DNA of 64,000 nt from an uncultured delta proteobacterium. Lineage in GTDB: Bacteria; Desulfobacterota; Syntrophia; Syntrophales; UBA5619. Of the stretch, positions 31,001-40,862 are shown one piece after another. The stretch covers positions 324,881 to 388,880 of the forward strand of contig CAWFOM010000001.1 in NCBI GenBank assembly GCA_963817385.1. Reading direction: 5' to 3'. The position numbers and the translations under genes were made by a program. Position 1 is the stretch's first letter; every line of letters starts with the position of its first letter. The notes beneath the pieces are model-generated. The model saw only the letters and a list, made by a program, of their open reading frames with translations. It searched no databases and was not told the DNA's origin.

Positions 31001-31243
31001 ACCTTAGCCGCGATTCGGAGATTTTCAGAGCCCCGTGCGCAGTGAGTTTTTTTTCTTTCCCGTCAACCACGAGGTATGTGGGCAGACCCTGAGCCGCGAT
31101 TCGGAGATTTTTCCGGGGTCCCATGTGCGCGCAGCGGAGCGCCCGCACAGGCAACTGTTTGAGCGCCGAAGGCGCGAGTTTTGCCCTGGCAGCGCAGCGA
31201 GGATGCGCCAGGGTCGGAAAAAGATCCTGAGCGGCGACGGGTT
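31001..31243. repeat. Second palindromic element plus a partial direct copy
   Basis: AGCCGCGATTCGGAGATTTT occurs twice (~31006 and ~31092); 31086-31243 can fold back on itself. Confidence 0.5.
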
Positions 31244-31267
31244 CCGTCTGCATGCCTCCCCGTTCCC

Positions 31268-32797
31268 TTACTCCCACTCGATCGTGCTCGGCGGCTTCGA
31301 GCTGATGTCGTAGACGACCCGGTTCACCCCCCGGACTTCGTTGATGATCCGGTTCGAGACGCGGCTCAAAAGGTCGTGGGGAAGCCGCGCCCAGTCCGCC
31401 GTCATCGCGTCCTCGCTCGTCACCGCCCTGATGGCGATGATGTGCTCGTAGGTCCGCTGGTCCCCCATGATTCCGACGCTCTTGATCGGCAGGAGAACCG
31501 CGAAGGACTGCCAGAGTTTCCGGTAGTAGTTTGCTGCCCGGATCTCCTCCATCAGGACCGCGTCCGCGTTCTTCAGGATAGCGAGCCGCTTTTCGGTCAC
31601 CTCGCCCACGATCCGCACCGCGAGCCCCGGTCCCGGGAAGGGCTGCCGCCAAACCACGTCGTCGGAGAGTCCGAGCTCTTTCCCGAGGAGCCGGACCTCG
31701 TCCTTGAAGAGGTGCTTCAAGGGCTCGACGAGCTTGAGTTTCATCCGTTTGGGAAGGCCCCCCACGTTGTGGTGGGACTTGATAACGGCGCTGGGCCCCC
31801 CGAAGGCCGACCGGGATTCGATCAGGTCCGGGTAGAGCGTCCCCTGGCCCAAAAACTCCGCCCCTTTTATCTTCTTGGCCTCCCTGTCGAAGACCTCGAT
31901 AAAGGTCCGGCCGATGATCTTGCGCTTGCGCTCGGGGTCGGTGACCCCCTTGAGGCCATCGAGAAAGGCCTTCCGCGCCCGGGCGAACCGGACGTTCATC
32001 TGGAGATTCTTGGCGAAGAGGGCCAGGACCTTCTCCCCTTCACCGAGCCTGAGCAGGCCATTGTCGACGAAGACGCAGGTGAGCTGGCGGCCGATCGCCC
32101 GGTGGAGGAGGACCGCCGCGACGGAGGAATCCACCCCCCCGGAGAGCCCGAAAATCACCCGCTTGTCGCCGACGGTCTCGCGGATCTCGTCGATGGCGTC
32201 CCGGACGAACGCATTCATTGTCCAGCTCTTCGCGCAGCGGCAAACTGCGAAGAGGAAGTTCTCCAGGATCTTCTTCCCCTCGACCGTGTGGACCACTTCC
32301 GGATGGAATTGGAGGCCGTAAAACCGGTGCCTGGCGTCCTCGGCGGCGGCCACCTCGGTGTTTTCGGTGGAGGCGGTGATCGTAAAACCCGCCGGCAATC
32401 GGCCGATCTGGTCGCCGTGGCTCATCCAGCACCGCGTCCTTTTTTCCACACCGGCAAAGAGCGTTCCCGCCTTTTTGACGATCAGCTCCGCAAAGCCGTA
32501 CTCCCGCTTTTCCGACCGGATAACCTCGCCGTCCAAGGCGTCGACCATGAACTGCAGGCCATAGCAGATCCCGAGGATCGGGATTCCGAGGCTGAAGATT
32601 CCCTTGTCCGCGCGAGGCGATCGCGCTTCGTAGATCGAGGCAGGGCCGCCGGAGAGGATGATCCCCTCGGGCTGGAGCCCCCGGATCTTCTCGATTGCGA
32701 TTCCCGGCGGTTCGATCTGGCAGTAGACCTGATGCTCCCGGACCCGCCGGGCGATGAGCTGATTGTACTGCGACCCGAAATCGATGATCAGGATCAC
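31268..32797 (-). CDS. guaA: GMP synthase (glutamine-hydrolysing)
   Basis: IDFGSQY, GICYG, QFHPEV, SGGVDS, IKSHHNVGG, KPPSTIEWE. Confidence 0.98.
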   Translation of the reverse strand: MILIIDFGSQYNQLIARRVREHQVYCQIEPPGIAIEKIRGLQPEGIILSGGPASIYEARSPRADKGIFSLGIPILGICYGLQFMVDALDGEVIRSEKREYGFAELIVKKAGTLFAGVEKRTRCWMSHGDQIGRLPAGFTITASTENTEVAAAEDARHRFYGLQFHPEVVHTVEGKKILENFLFAVCRCAKSWTMNAFVRDAIDEIRETVGDKRVIFGLSGGVDSSVAAVLLHRAIGRQLTCVFVDNGLLRLGEGEKVLALFAKNLQMNVRFARARKAFLDGLKGVTDPERKRKIIGRTFIEVFDREAKKIKGAEFLGQGTLYPDLIESRSAFGGPSAVIKSHHNVGGLPKRMKLKLVEPLKHLFKDEVRLLGKELGLSDDVVWRQPFPGPGLAVRIVGEVTEKRLAILKNADAVLMEEIRAANYYRKLWQSFAVLLPIKSVGIMGDQRTYEHIIAIRAVTSEDAMTADWARLPHDLLSRVSNRIINEVRGVNRVVYDISSKPPSTIEWE

Positions 32798-32843
32798 GGC
32801 TGATGCTCCTTTCCTGGATATGTGCGGTGAAACGGGGCTGTCC

Positions 32844-33989
32844 TCACCCGACCATCTTCCCCTCGTCCATCAGAGTGATAAATTCGTCGAAGAGATGGTC
32901 CGCGTCGTGGGGGCCGGGCGCCGCCTCGGGATGGTGCTGGACGCTGAAGGCCAAAAGTTTCGGATAGCGGATCCCCTCGGAGGTGCAGTCGTTAAGGTTA
33001 TCCAGAATCGTCACCCGCCCCGGCGGAAGGGATTCGGGGACGACCACAAACCCGTGGTTCTGGGAGGTGATCTCGACCCGGCCGCTCTGGCAGCTTCGGA
33101 CCGGCTGGTTGATCCCGTGGTGGCCGAACTTCAGCTTCTCCGTCCGGCCCCCCACCGCCTGTCCCAGGACCTGGTGGCCGAGACAGATGCCGAAAATCGG
33201 GACCTTCCCCAGGATCGTCCGGACCGTCTCGACGATATGGGGGAGGGCGGCCGGATCGCCGGGGCCGTTTGAGAGCAGGACGCCGGAGGGATGAAGAGCG
33301 AGGATCTCCTCCCCCGTAGCGGTGGCCGGCAGGACCAGGACCTCGCAGTCCCGCCGGTCCAGGTTCCTCAGGATGTTGTACTTGACGCCGCAGTCCAGGA
33401 CGACCACCCTCCGGCGCGCCGACGGCGCGGCCCCCGGAGGCGGCATCTCCCGGGGCGATCCGTCCCGCCACAGGTAGGGTTTCCGGCAGCTCACCAGCTT
33501 CACGAGGTCCCGTCCGACGAGACCGGGATAGGCGCGGACCCGCTCCAGAAGCAGGTCGGTATCCGTCGTCTCCGTAGAAAGCACCCCCCGCATTGCCCCG
33601 GTCATCCGGATGCGCCGGGTCAGCGCCCGGGTATCGATCCCTTCCACCCCCAGTTTGTCATGGGCCTCCAGGAACGTCTTGAGGCTCTCGCGGCAGCGCC
33701 AGTTGCTCGGATATTCCTCATACTCCCTGATAACGAATCCCTCGAGATGGATGCCGGCGGACTCCATGTCCTCGAAGTTGATCCCGGTATTGCCGATGAG
33801 CGGACAGGTCATCACGACGATCTGTCCTTTGTAGGAGGGATCGGTAAGGATCTCCTGGTAGCCGGTCATCCCCGTGTTGAAGACGACCTCGCCCAGGACC
33901 TCGCCCTTTCCGGCATAGGCGGCTCCCCGATAAATGCTTCCATCTTCCAGGACCAGCAGGGCCTGGCGTCGCCCGCTCCCCAGTGTCAC
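32844..33989 (-). CDS. carA: Carbamoyl-phosphate synthase small subunit
   Basis: GEVVFNTGMTGYQE.LTDPSY, LSNGPGDP, GICLGHQ, QHHPEAAPGPHD. Confidence 0.97.
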   Translation of the reverse strand: MTLGSGRRQALLVLEDGSIYRGAAYAGKGEVLGEVVFNTGMTGYQEILTDPSYKGQIVVMTCPLIGNTGINFEDMESAGIHLEGFVIREYEEYPSNWRCRESLKTFLEAHDKLGVEGIDTRALTRRIRMTGAMRGVLSTETTDTDLLLERVRAYPGLVGRDLVKLVSCRKPYLWRDGSPREMPPPGAAPSARRRVVVLDCGVKYNILRNLDRRDCEVLVLPATATGEEILALHPSGVLLSNGPGDPAALPHIVETVRTILGKVPIFGICLGHQVLGQAVGGRTEKLKFGHHGINQPVRSCQSGRVEITSQNHGFVVVPESLPPGRVTILDNLNDCTSEGIRYPKLLAFSVQHHPEAAPGPHDADHLFDEFITLMDEGKMVG

Positions 33990-34122
33990 GCACCGCTCCT
34001 TACACGTAATACTATGATATCATCGAATACCATAAAGCGAAAGGGAGTTATCAGAAAGATCCCCGTTCGTAAAGGAAAATCCGGACAACTCCCCTCCTTA
34101 TTTTTTAACCGTCCTGTGATCC

Positions 34123-35454
34123 TTACAGCATCGGCAGGTAGCGGTCGATCTCGAACTGACTCACGTGAACGCGGAAGCGATCCCACTCCACCTTCTTGTT
34201 CTCGACGAACTTGTCGAAGATATGTTCCCCGAGGGTGTCGCGAACGAGCTTGCTTCCCTGCACGATGCACAGCGCCTCGTAGAGGCTGCCCGGCAGCGAG
34301 GTGATCCCCGCCTTCGCGCGGGCCTTCTCATCCATTTCGAAGATGTCCTCTTCCACCGGCTCGGGGAGCGGATAGGCCTTCTCGACCCCCTTCATCCCGG
34401 CGGCCAGCATCACGGCGAAGGCCAGGTAGGGGTTGCAGGCCGGGTCGGGCGAACGATATTCCATCCGGGTCGCCTTCTCCTTGCCGGGCTTGTACATCGG
34501 GACGCGGATCATCGCGGAGCGGTTCCGGCGCGCCCAGGAGACGTAGACCGGCGCCTCGTAACCGGGGACGAGCCGCTTGTAGGAGTTGATCCACTGATTA
34601 CAGATCGCGGTGATCTCCGGGGCGTGGACCATGAGGCCGGCGATGTAGTGCTTGGCCATCTTCGAGAGGTTGTACTTGTCCCGCCCGTCGAAGAAGCAGT
34701 TCTTGCTGCCCTTGAAGAGCGATTGATGGGTATGCATCCCGCTTCCGTTCTGCCCGAAAACCGGCTTCGGCATGAAGGTCGCGTAGACGCCGTTCTGACG
34801 GGCGATCTCCTTGACCGCGGTCCGGTAGGTCATGACCTTGTCGGCCATCGTAAGGGCCTCGTCGTAGCGTAGGTCGATTTCGTGCTGACTCGGGGCAACC
34901 TCATGGTGACTGTACTCCACGCGGATCCCCATCTCCTGGAGGGCGAAGATCGTCTGCCGGCGCAGGTCGGTCGCCCGATCCACCGGGAGGCCGTCGAAGT
35001 AGCCGCCCATGTCGAGGAACTCGGGGCTCTTGTCGGAGGCGAAATAGAAGAATTCGAGCTCGGGTCCGACATAGAAGGTGTAGCCCTGGTCGTTGACCTT
35101 CTTGAGTGTCCTCTTTAAAACGTACCGGGGGTCTCCCTCATAGGGGGTGCCGTCGGGATTCTGGATGTCGCAGATCATCCGCGCTACCGGGCGATCGGAG
35201 GGCCGCCAGGGGATGATCTGGAAGGTGGTGGGATCGGGCATGGCGATCATGTCGCTCTCCTCGATCCGGCAGAACCCCGCGATGGAGGAGCCGTCGAAAC
35301 CCATCCCCTCTTCCATTCCCTCTTCCAGTTCGGAGGGGGTGATGCTGAAGATCTTCTGCACCCCGAGGACGTCGGTGAACCAGAATTGGATGAAGCTGAC
35401 GTTTTTCTCCTTGACGACTTTCAACACATCTTTTTTTGTCTTTGTTTCAACCAT
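34123..35454 (-). CDS. glnA: Glutamine synthetase type I (GSI-alpha-like)
   Basis: FDGSSI.GF.RIEESDM, HHEVAPSQHEI, FMPKP...NGSGMH, NSYKRLVPGYEAP, EYRSPDP.CNPYL. Confidence 0.97.
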   Translation of the reverse strand: MVETKTKKDVLKVVKEKNVSFIQFWFTDVLGVQKIFSITPSELEEGMEEGMGFDGSSIAGFCRIEESDMIAMPDPTTFQIIPWRPSDRPVARMICDIQNPDGTPYEGDPRYVLKRTLKKVNDQGYTFYVGPELEFFYFASDKSPEFLDMGGYFDGLPVDRATDLRRQTIFALQEMGIRVEYSHHEVAPSQHEIDLRYDEALTMADKVMTYRTAVKEIARQNGVYATFMPKPVFGQNGSGMHTHQSLFKGSKNCFFDGRDKYNLSKMAKHYIAGLMVHAPEITAICNQWINSYKRLVPGYEAPVYVSWARRNRSAMIRVPMYKPGKEKATRMEYRSPDPACNPYLAFAVMLAAGMKGVEKAYPLPEPVEEDIFEMDEKARAKAGITSLPGSLYEALCIVQGSKLVRDTLGEHIFDKFVENKKVEWDRFRVHVSQFEIDRYLPML

Positions 35455-35628
35455 GGCTTAATCCTTTCTTTTTGATGGTGTATTCGGGTCGGTGGAATGT
35501 TGCCGTTTCCTCCTGCGGTGCGCCGCGACCGGCGAGCCGAGCAACCGTTCAAAACCCATGGCGCCCGTGGAATCACTGCAACAAATATGTACCTTTCCGT
35601 ATTCCCTTTCGAGGGTTGCACTCATTTT

Positions 35629-35644
35629 AGCAATCATTGTGCCA
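35629..35644 (-). promoter_or_regulatory. sigma54 promoter of glnA
   Basis: TGGCAC-AATGA-TTGCT, an exact -24/-12 consensus on the minus strand. Confidence 0.88.
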
Positions 35645-35652
35645 AAGGCCCC

Positions 35653-37989
35653 CTATTCCATCGGGTCGTTTTCCGTCAGCCTCCAGATCCCGCAGGGGCA
35701 GGCCCTGGTACAGAATCCGCAGCCGATGCAGCGGTCCGCGCTGACGATATACTCATACTCCTCCCCCTCGAGCTCGCGCCGGGAGATCGCGTTCTGCGGG
35801 CAGAGGCCCTCGCAGACGCCGCAGTCGCGGCAGGCGCCGCAGGAGGCGCATCCGGCGGCGCAGGAGATGGTGTCCTCGAAGCGGATAAGCCGCGGGTCGT
35901 AATACTCGAGCCGCACGCGCTCCGTGTCGATGGCGGGCAACTGGTCATAGGTGTCCTCCCGCCCCCGGAGCAGGTTGTCGATCTCCCGGGCGGCCACCCT
36001 GCCCGACCCGATCGCCTCGGTGAGGAGGCCCAGCCGCACGGCGTCGCCGATGGCGTAGACCTTGGGATCGCTGCTCTGGAACCGCTCGTCGACGGCGACA
36101 AACCCCCGCTCGGTCTTGATCTCTTCCGGCAGAAAGCTCAGGTCGGGCTGATCGCCGACGGACATGATGACCGTGTCCGCCGGCAGGATTTCGCCGCTCG
36201 TGAGCTCGACCGCCGTCTCCGTGATCGCCTTGGTGAAGCGGGGCCAGAGGAACTTCGCCCCGGCGGCCTCTGCGTGTTTCCTTTCCACGCCGGAGGAGGC
36301 CGGCTTCTGGATGTCGATCAGGGTGATCGACTCGGCGCCCAGCCGGGCCGCTTCCGTGGCGGCGTCGCAGCCGACGTTTCCCGCCCCGATGATGACGACG
36401 TTCTTGCCGACCTTGGCCTTGTCGAGCTTGCTTTCCCGGAGAAACTCGAGGGCGGCGAGAGCCCGTTCATGGCCCGGGACGGGGATCTTCCGCGGCTTCC
36501 GCGCCCCCGTGGCGATGACGACTATGTCATATTTTTCCTGCAGCTTCCGGAACTCCTCCTCGGTGAGGGGGTGCTTCAGGTGCTTGTGGGGGATCACCTC
36601 TTCCAGGCGTTTGAGCTCGTGATCGACGACCTCATCGGGAATCCGGCTGGTGGGGATCGTCTCGGTGATCTTTCCTCCGAGGCGCTTGCGCGCATCGTGG
36701 ATGACCGCTTCATGGCCCTTCATCCGCAGCTGCCAGGCCGCCGAGAGTCCCGCCGCTCCGCCGCCGATGACGGCGATCTTCATGCCGGTGGCCGGCGCCG
36801 GCGCCGGGACGGTCGCCTCCAGGCTGGCCCGGCCGAGGAGGGCCGTATCCACCGCCGGAAGATCGGCCTTCGTCTGGCGGGTGCAGTTCTGCATGCAGAG
36901 ATTGGGGCAGAGGTAGCCGCAGACCGTGGCCGGGAAGGGGGTGTACTGGAGGGCGAGGTCCACGGCTTCCTGCATCTTCCCCTTGCGGATCAGCTCCCAC
37001 CGCTTCTGGACGGGGATCCCCGTCGGGCAGTTGGCCTGGCACGGCGGCAGGTATTTCGCGTTTTCCCACAGGGGGACAAAGCGGCGCAGATCGCCGGTCG
37101 TGATCAGCTCGATCGTGCTGCGGTCCTGGTCGGTCAGATCCCCGATCAACCCGCCTTTTCCCAGCTCCTGATCCCAGACATCCGCATGGAAACGGCCGAT
37201 GGTACGGCCGACGGCGCCCGCCTTTTCGTAGGGTTTCCGGGCGATGAGGATCTGCCAGGCGCCACGGTCATCCGTCAGTGCCGCAATGAGATCGGGCCGC
37301 GCGATCGCCTCCAGGAACTGCTTCATGTGCGACGTGAGCCATTGCCATTCCTCGTCGTCGGGAGTCGTCAAACGGGCATCCTTCTCGCTGAACCCCCGGT
37401 GGGGCCCCCGGAAGAAGATCTTTCCCCCCACCATCCCGACACAGGGGCGGTAGCCGAGGATGTTGTCCGACTGCTGCGTTCCGAAGCCGCAGATCACCGC
37501 GACGCCGCCGGCCATGAACTCCGCGAATGAATCGCCGACGCTTCCCAGGACCCAGAGTTCGGGAGGATCGAAGCGGGGATTGTGTTTCGTCATGGTCATC
37601 CCGCGCGCCCCGATGTCCCCCGCGACATAGATCTTTCCCTGGGCCATCGCGTTGCCCACGCCGTTTGTGGCGTTGCCGCGGATGGTGATCTGGGCGCCGG
37701 CGTTGAGCCAGCCCACGTCATCGGAGGCGGGTCCCACGACATCGATCAGGGTGTTGGGGAAACCCATCGCACCGACACGCTGTCCCGATGTTCCGAGAAT
37801 CCTCAGCGAAATCTTCTCCATGCCCGCCCGCCAGAGGCGCCCGCCGATGCCGTGCTGGCCCTGGGCGATGATCTCGATATGGCGATGCCCGTCGATGACG
37901 GCCTTCTGTATTCGCTCCTCGAGGACGCGTGATTCTACCCGGACCCCTTTTTCCGAGCCGGGAATCATGATGGTTGGTTTATTCGACAT
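35653..37989 (-). CDS. Glutamate synthase subunit: GXGXG (GltB3) domain fused to a GltD-like FAD oxidoreductase and C-terminal 4Fe-4S dicluster
   Basis: GQHGIGG and GDSFAEFMAGG beta-helix; PCQANCP and CGYLCPNLCMQNC; GGGAAG; GAGNVG; C-terminal CxxCxxC motifs. Confidence 0.88.
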   Translation of the reverse strand: MSNKPTIMIPGSEKGVRVESRVLEERIQKAVIDGHRHIEIIAQGQHGIGGRLWRAGMEKISLRILGTSGQRVGAMGFPNTLIDVVGPASDDVGWLNAGAQITIRGNATNGVGNAMAQGKIYVAGDIGARGMTMTKHNPRFDPPELWVLGSVGDSFAEFMAGGVAVICGFGTQQSDNILGYRPCVGMVGGKIFFRGPHRGFSEKDARLTTPDDEEWQWLTSHMKQFLEAIARPDLIAALTDDRGAWQILIARKPYEKAGAVGRTIGRFHADVWDQELGKGGLIGDLTDQDRSTIELITTGDLRRFVPLWENAKYLPPCQANCPTGIPVQKRWELIRKGKMQEAVDLALQYTPFPATVCGYLCPNLCMQNCTRQTKADLPAVDTALLGRASLEATVPAPAPATGMKIAVIGGGAAGLSAAWQLRMKGHEAVIHDARKRLGGKITETIPTSRIPDEVVDHELKRLEEVIPHKHLKHPLTEEEFRKLQEKYDIVVIATGARKPRKIPVPGHERALAALEFLRESKLDKAKVGKNVVIIGAGNVGCDAATEAARLGAESITLIDIQKPASSGVERKHAEAAGAKFLWPRFTKAITETAVELTSGEILPADTVIMSVGDQPDLSFLPEEIKTERGFVAVDERFQSSDPKVYAIGDAVRLGLLTEAIGSGRVAAREIDNLLRGREDTYDQLPAIDTERVRLEYYDPRLIRFEDTISCAAGCASCGACRDCGVCEGLCPQNAISRRELEGEEYEYIVSADRCIGCGFCTRACPCGIWRLTENDPME

Positions 37990-38009
37990 GACTACTCCTT
38001 ATCTCTTAT

Positions 38010-39644
38010 CTACAGGGCATAACGGATGCCGAGGCGTTCCGCCGCGTCCCGGTTGGCGATCCCGAGCGCATCCGACATGCCGATCGGCAGCGACGTGGAG
38101 CGGCCCAGCGGCGCCACGATCTTCTTCAGTTCCGTATCGAAACTCAGGACCACATCGACGAGGCGTTGGGCGACGTCCTCCGGATCGAGCCGCCGGTAGA
38201 GCCGGGGATCCTGGGAGGTGATCCCCTTCGGGCAGAGGCCGATATTGCAGATATTGCAGCGGTCCGCCTCGGAGCCGAGACATCCCGCCGTCGCCTGCAT
38301 GATGTGTTTGCCCACCTGGACGCCGCTTGCCCCCAGCATGATCAGGGCGGCCGCGTTGGCCGCGAGGTTCCCGTTCTTCCCGACGCCGCCGCCGGCGAAG
38401 ATCGGGATTTCGTTCTGCTTGCCGATCTTCACGAGGGTCAGGTAGGCGTCGCGGAGGATGCTCGCGATGGGGTGCCCCATGTGGTTCATCGAGACGTTGT
38501 AGGCCGCCCCCGTGCCGCCGTCCTCGCCGTCCATCGCCAGGGCCGCCGCGTAGGGATTGCGGGTCAGGTTGTTGAGGACCGCGAGCGCCGTCGAGGTCGC
38601 CGAGATCTTCGGATAGACCGGCACCCGGAAACCCCAGGCCATCGACATCGACTGGATCATCTTGGCGACCGCCTCTTCGATGGAATACTTCGTCTGGTGC
38701 GTGGGCGGGCTGGGAAGGTTGACCCCCGTGGGTACGCCGCGGATCGCGGCGATCAGCTTGTTCACCTTGTACCACATCAAAAGCCCGCCGTCGCCGGGCT
38801 TGGCCCCCTGGCCGTACTTGATCTCGATGGCGCAGGGGTCCTCCTTCATCTCCGGCAGGGCGTGGATGATCTCGTCCCAGCCGAAGTAGCCGCTGGCGAT
38901 CTGGAGGATGACGTACTTCATGAACCGCGACCGCAGGAGCCGGGGCGGGCAGCCGCCCTCGCCGGTGGCGAAGCGGACCGGCATGCCCAGCTCCTCGTTG
39001 AGATAGGCCACCCCCATCTGGAGCCCCTCCCACATCGTGGGGGAGAGCGCCCCGAAGGACATGCTCCCCAGGATGAGCGGGTAGATCTCCCGGACCGGCG
39101 GGATCCACCCCCCTTCCCGGCTGACCCGGAGGGCCTCCTCGGGCGGGAGGATCCTCCCCAGGAGGGTCCTCAGCTCGAATTCATGGCGGCCGGCGTCCAG
39201 GGCGGGGTCGGTCAGCATGGAGATGCGGACGAACTTGATCTCGTCCAGGAGGCTTTCGGGCGCGTTCCGCCGCCCCCCGCGCCGCCGCGGGACGCCTCCC
39301 TGGTTGATGTGGAAGCGGAGCTTGTCCGGTTCGTCGTTGTGCATCGGCACGATTGCATGGTTGGGGCAGACCATGTCGCACATCCCGCAGCCGATGCAGG
39401 CGTGGGCGACATCCGTCCGCTGGCGGATCCCGTGGTAGACGCCGAAGAGGTTCCCCGGCTTTTCCGTCAGTCCGAGCTTCACCTGGAGCATCCGCTCGCG
39501 GTGGACGCCCAGCTCGATCGCCTGCACGGGGCAGACCGCCGTACAGCGGCCGCAGAGGCAGCACTTCTTCTTGCTCCAGAGGATCTGCCAGGGGAGATCC
39601 GTCGTGCTTAGTGTAGACGGCTTAAGCTGTCCATCTGGCTCCAT
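38010..39644 (-). CDS. Glutamate synthase FMN-binding subunit (GltB2) with N-terminal 4Fe-4S motifs
   Basis: SMSFGALS, TGEGG, QIASGYFG, EIKYGQGAKPGDGG, DGEDGGTGAA, CPKGITSQDP. Confidence 0.92.
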   Translation of the reverse strand: MEPDGQLKPSTLSTTDLPWQILWSKKKCCLCGRCTAVCPVQAIELGVHRERMLQVKLGLTEKPGNLFGVYHGIRQRTDVAHACIGCGMCDMVCPNHAIVPMHNDEPDKLRFHINQGGVPRRRGGRRNAPESLLDEIKFVRISMLTDPALDAGRHEFELRTLLGRILPPEEALRVSREGGWIPPVREIYPLILGSMSFGALSPTMWEGLQMGVAYLNEELGMPVRFATGEGGCPPRLLRSRFMKYVILQIASGYFGWDEIIHALPEMKEDPCAIEIKYGQGAKPGDGGLLMWYKVNKLIAAIRGVPTGVNLPSPPTHQTKYSIEEAVAKMIQSMSMAWGFRVPVYPKISATSTALAVLNNLTRNPYAAALAMDGEDGGTGAAYNVSMNHMGHPIASILRDAYLTLVKIGKQNEIPIFAGGGVGKNGNLAANAAALIMLGASGVQVGKHIMQATAGCLGSEADRCNICNIGLCPKGITSQDPRLYRRLDPEDVAQRLVDVVLSFDTELKKIVAPLGRSTSLPIGMSDALGIANRDAAERLGIRYAL

Positions 39645-40738
39645 TGCCCCACCTCCTGACGTTCCGGTCCGACAAAGACCGTATCATATTTCATCGGTTG
39701 AAAATCCCGGCTCTTGTCGCGCGCCGGGATCGCGGCGTCCAGCCCGCACATCTCGGAGGAGAAGGCGAACATCCCGGGATTGCCGCCCACCACGCCGGGG
39801 CGGAGCTTCTTGCTGTCCTGCACCATGAAGAGGGTCTTGTCGGGCAGGCAGCCCATGACGCAGTTCGGCCCGTCGATGATGAGCGGCCGGCAGCTCTGCT
39901 TGAGGAGCCGGAGCCACTCGCCGTTCGGATGGTTGATGAGCTCCTCGTCCTTGAGCGGCGTGATGACATGCTTGTAGGTCTCCAGATCGAGGCCCAGGTG
40001 CTTGTGCGTGTAATGGAGGATATGGGTGAACACCTCCGAATCCGACTGGTATCCGACATAGCCCGGCTCCTTGCGCGACATGAGAAACTCCCGGATCGGC
40101 AGGAAGGCCGTATTCTCGCCGTTGGTCATGGTGGCCATCCCCTGGATGAAGAAGGGATGGCAGGCGTAGATGTTGATCGCGTAGTTGGTGTTCTGCCTGC
40201 CCTGGGCCAGGATCGTGCGCGCCTGGAGCTCCTTGCGGTTGAGCCCCAGGTAGTCCGCCACGGCCGTCGGGTCGCCGACCTCCTTGATCATGATCACATC
40301 CGGCCAGAAGCTGAAGACCAGCATCGATTCGTCCTTCTCCCCCATCTCGCGGAGCTGGAGGCGGCACATCATCAGGCGGTGCTGGATCTCCTCCTCGGGG
40401 AGGTTTTCCCAATCCGGCGGATATTCATAGACGCGGATCAGATAGTTGTCCCGCCGGGGCGTCCCCGCCGGGGGGCGCTTCGTGGGGCGAAACGAGAGTT
40501 TGTATTTCGTCATGAAATCCATGTCCATCATGTACCGGTCGAGGGCCTTGATCCCCGCGTTGGAGAAGATGCCGGAGAGGATCGGCCCCCCCTTGAACTG
40601 CTCGAAATCCCCGCCGAGATCGGTGAGGAAAAGCCCCACGCCGGAACCGTCGTGCCCCTCCTTCATGACGTCGAGGGCGCGGATCGCGACCATCGGGGAT
40701 AAGGGATCTTTGCTCGTGATTGCAAATAATCTGCACAT
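39608..40738 (-). CDS. Glutamate synthase class II glutamine amidotransferase subunit (GltB1)
   Basis: Starts M-C-R-L (Ntn Cys1), GHDGSG, RQNTN, CHPF, NGEN, SDSEVF, KLRP. Confidence 0.88.
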   Translation of the reverse strand: MCRLFAITSKDPLSPMVAIRALDVMKEGHDGSGVGLFLTDLGGDFEQFKGGPILSGIFSNAGIKALDRYMMDMDFMTKYKLSFRPTKRPPAGTPRRDNYLIRVYEYPPDWENLPEEEIQHRLMMCRLQLREMGEKDESMLVFSFWPDVIMIKEVGDPTAVADYLGLNRKELQARTILAQGRQNTNYAINIYACHPFFIQGMATMTNGENTAFLPIREFLMSRKEPGYVGYQSDSEVFTHILHYTHKHLGLDLETYKHVITPLKDEELINHPNGEWLRLLKQSCRPLIIDGPNCVMGCLPDKTLFMVQDSKKLRPGVVGGNPGMFAFSSEMCGLDAAIPARDKSRDFQPMKYDTVFVGPERQEVGQWSQMDSLSRLH

Positions 40739-40804
40739 AACCATCCATCCTTTCTGTTCATCCGGGTCCGGTTGCGGATCCTGAAGGCCCGGAAAGTTCT
40801 ATAA

Positions 40805-40820
40805 AGCGATAACCATGCCA
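40805..40820 (-). promoter_or_regulatory. sigma54 promoter of the glutamate synthase operon
   Basis: TGGCAT-GGTTA-TCGCT (GG-N10-GC) about 70 bp upstream of the gltB1 start. Confidence 0.7.
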
Positions 40821-40862
40821 CTTCCCGGAAATAACGGACGCCGCGACCGGGAATTTGCACGG

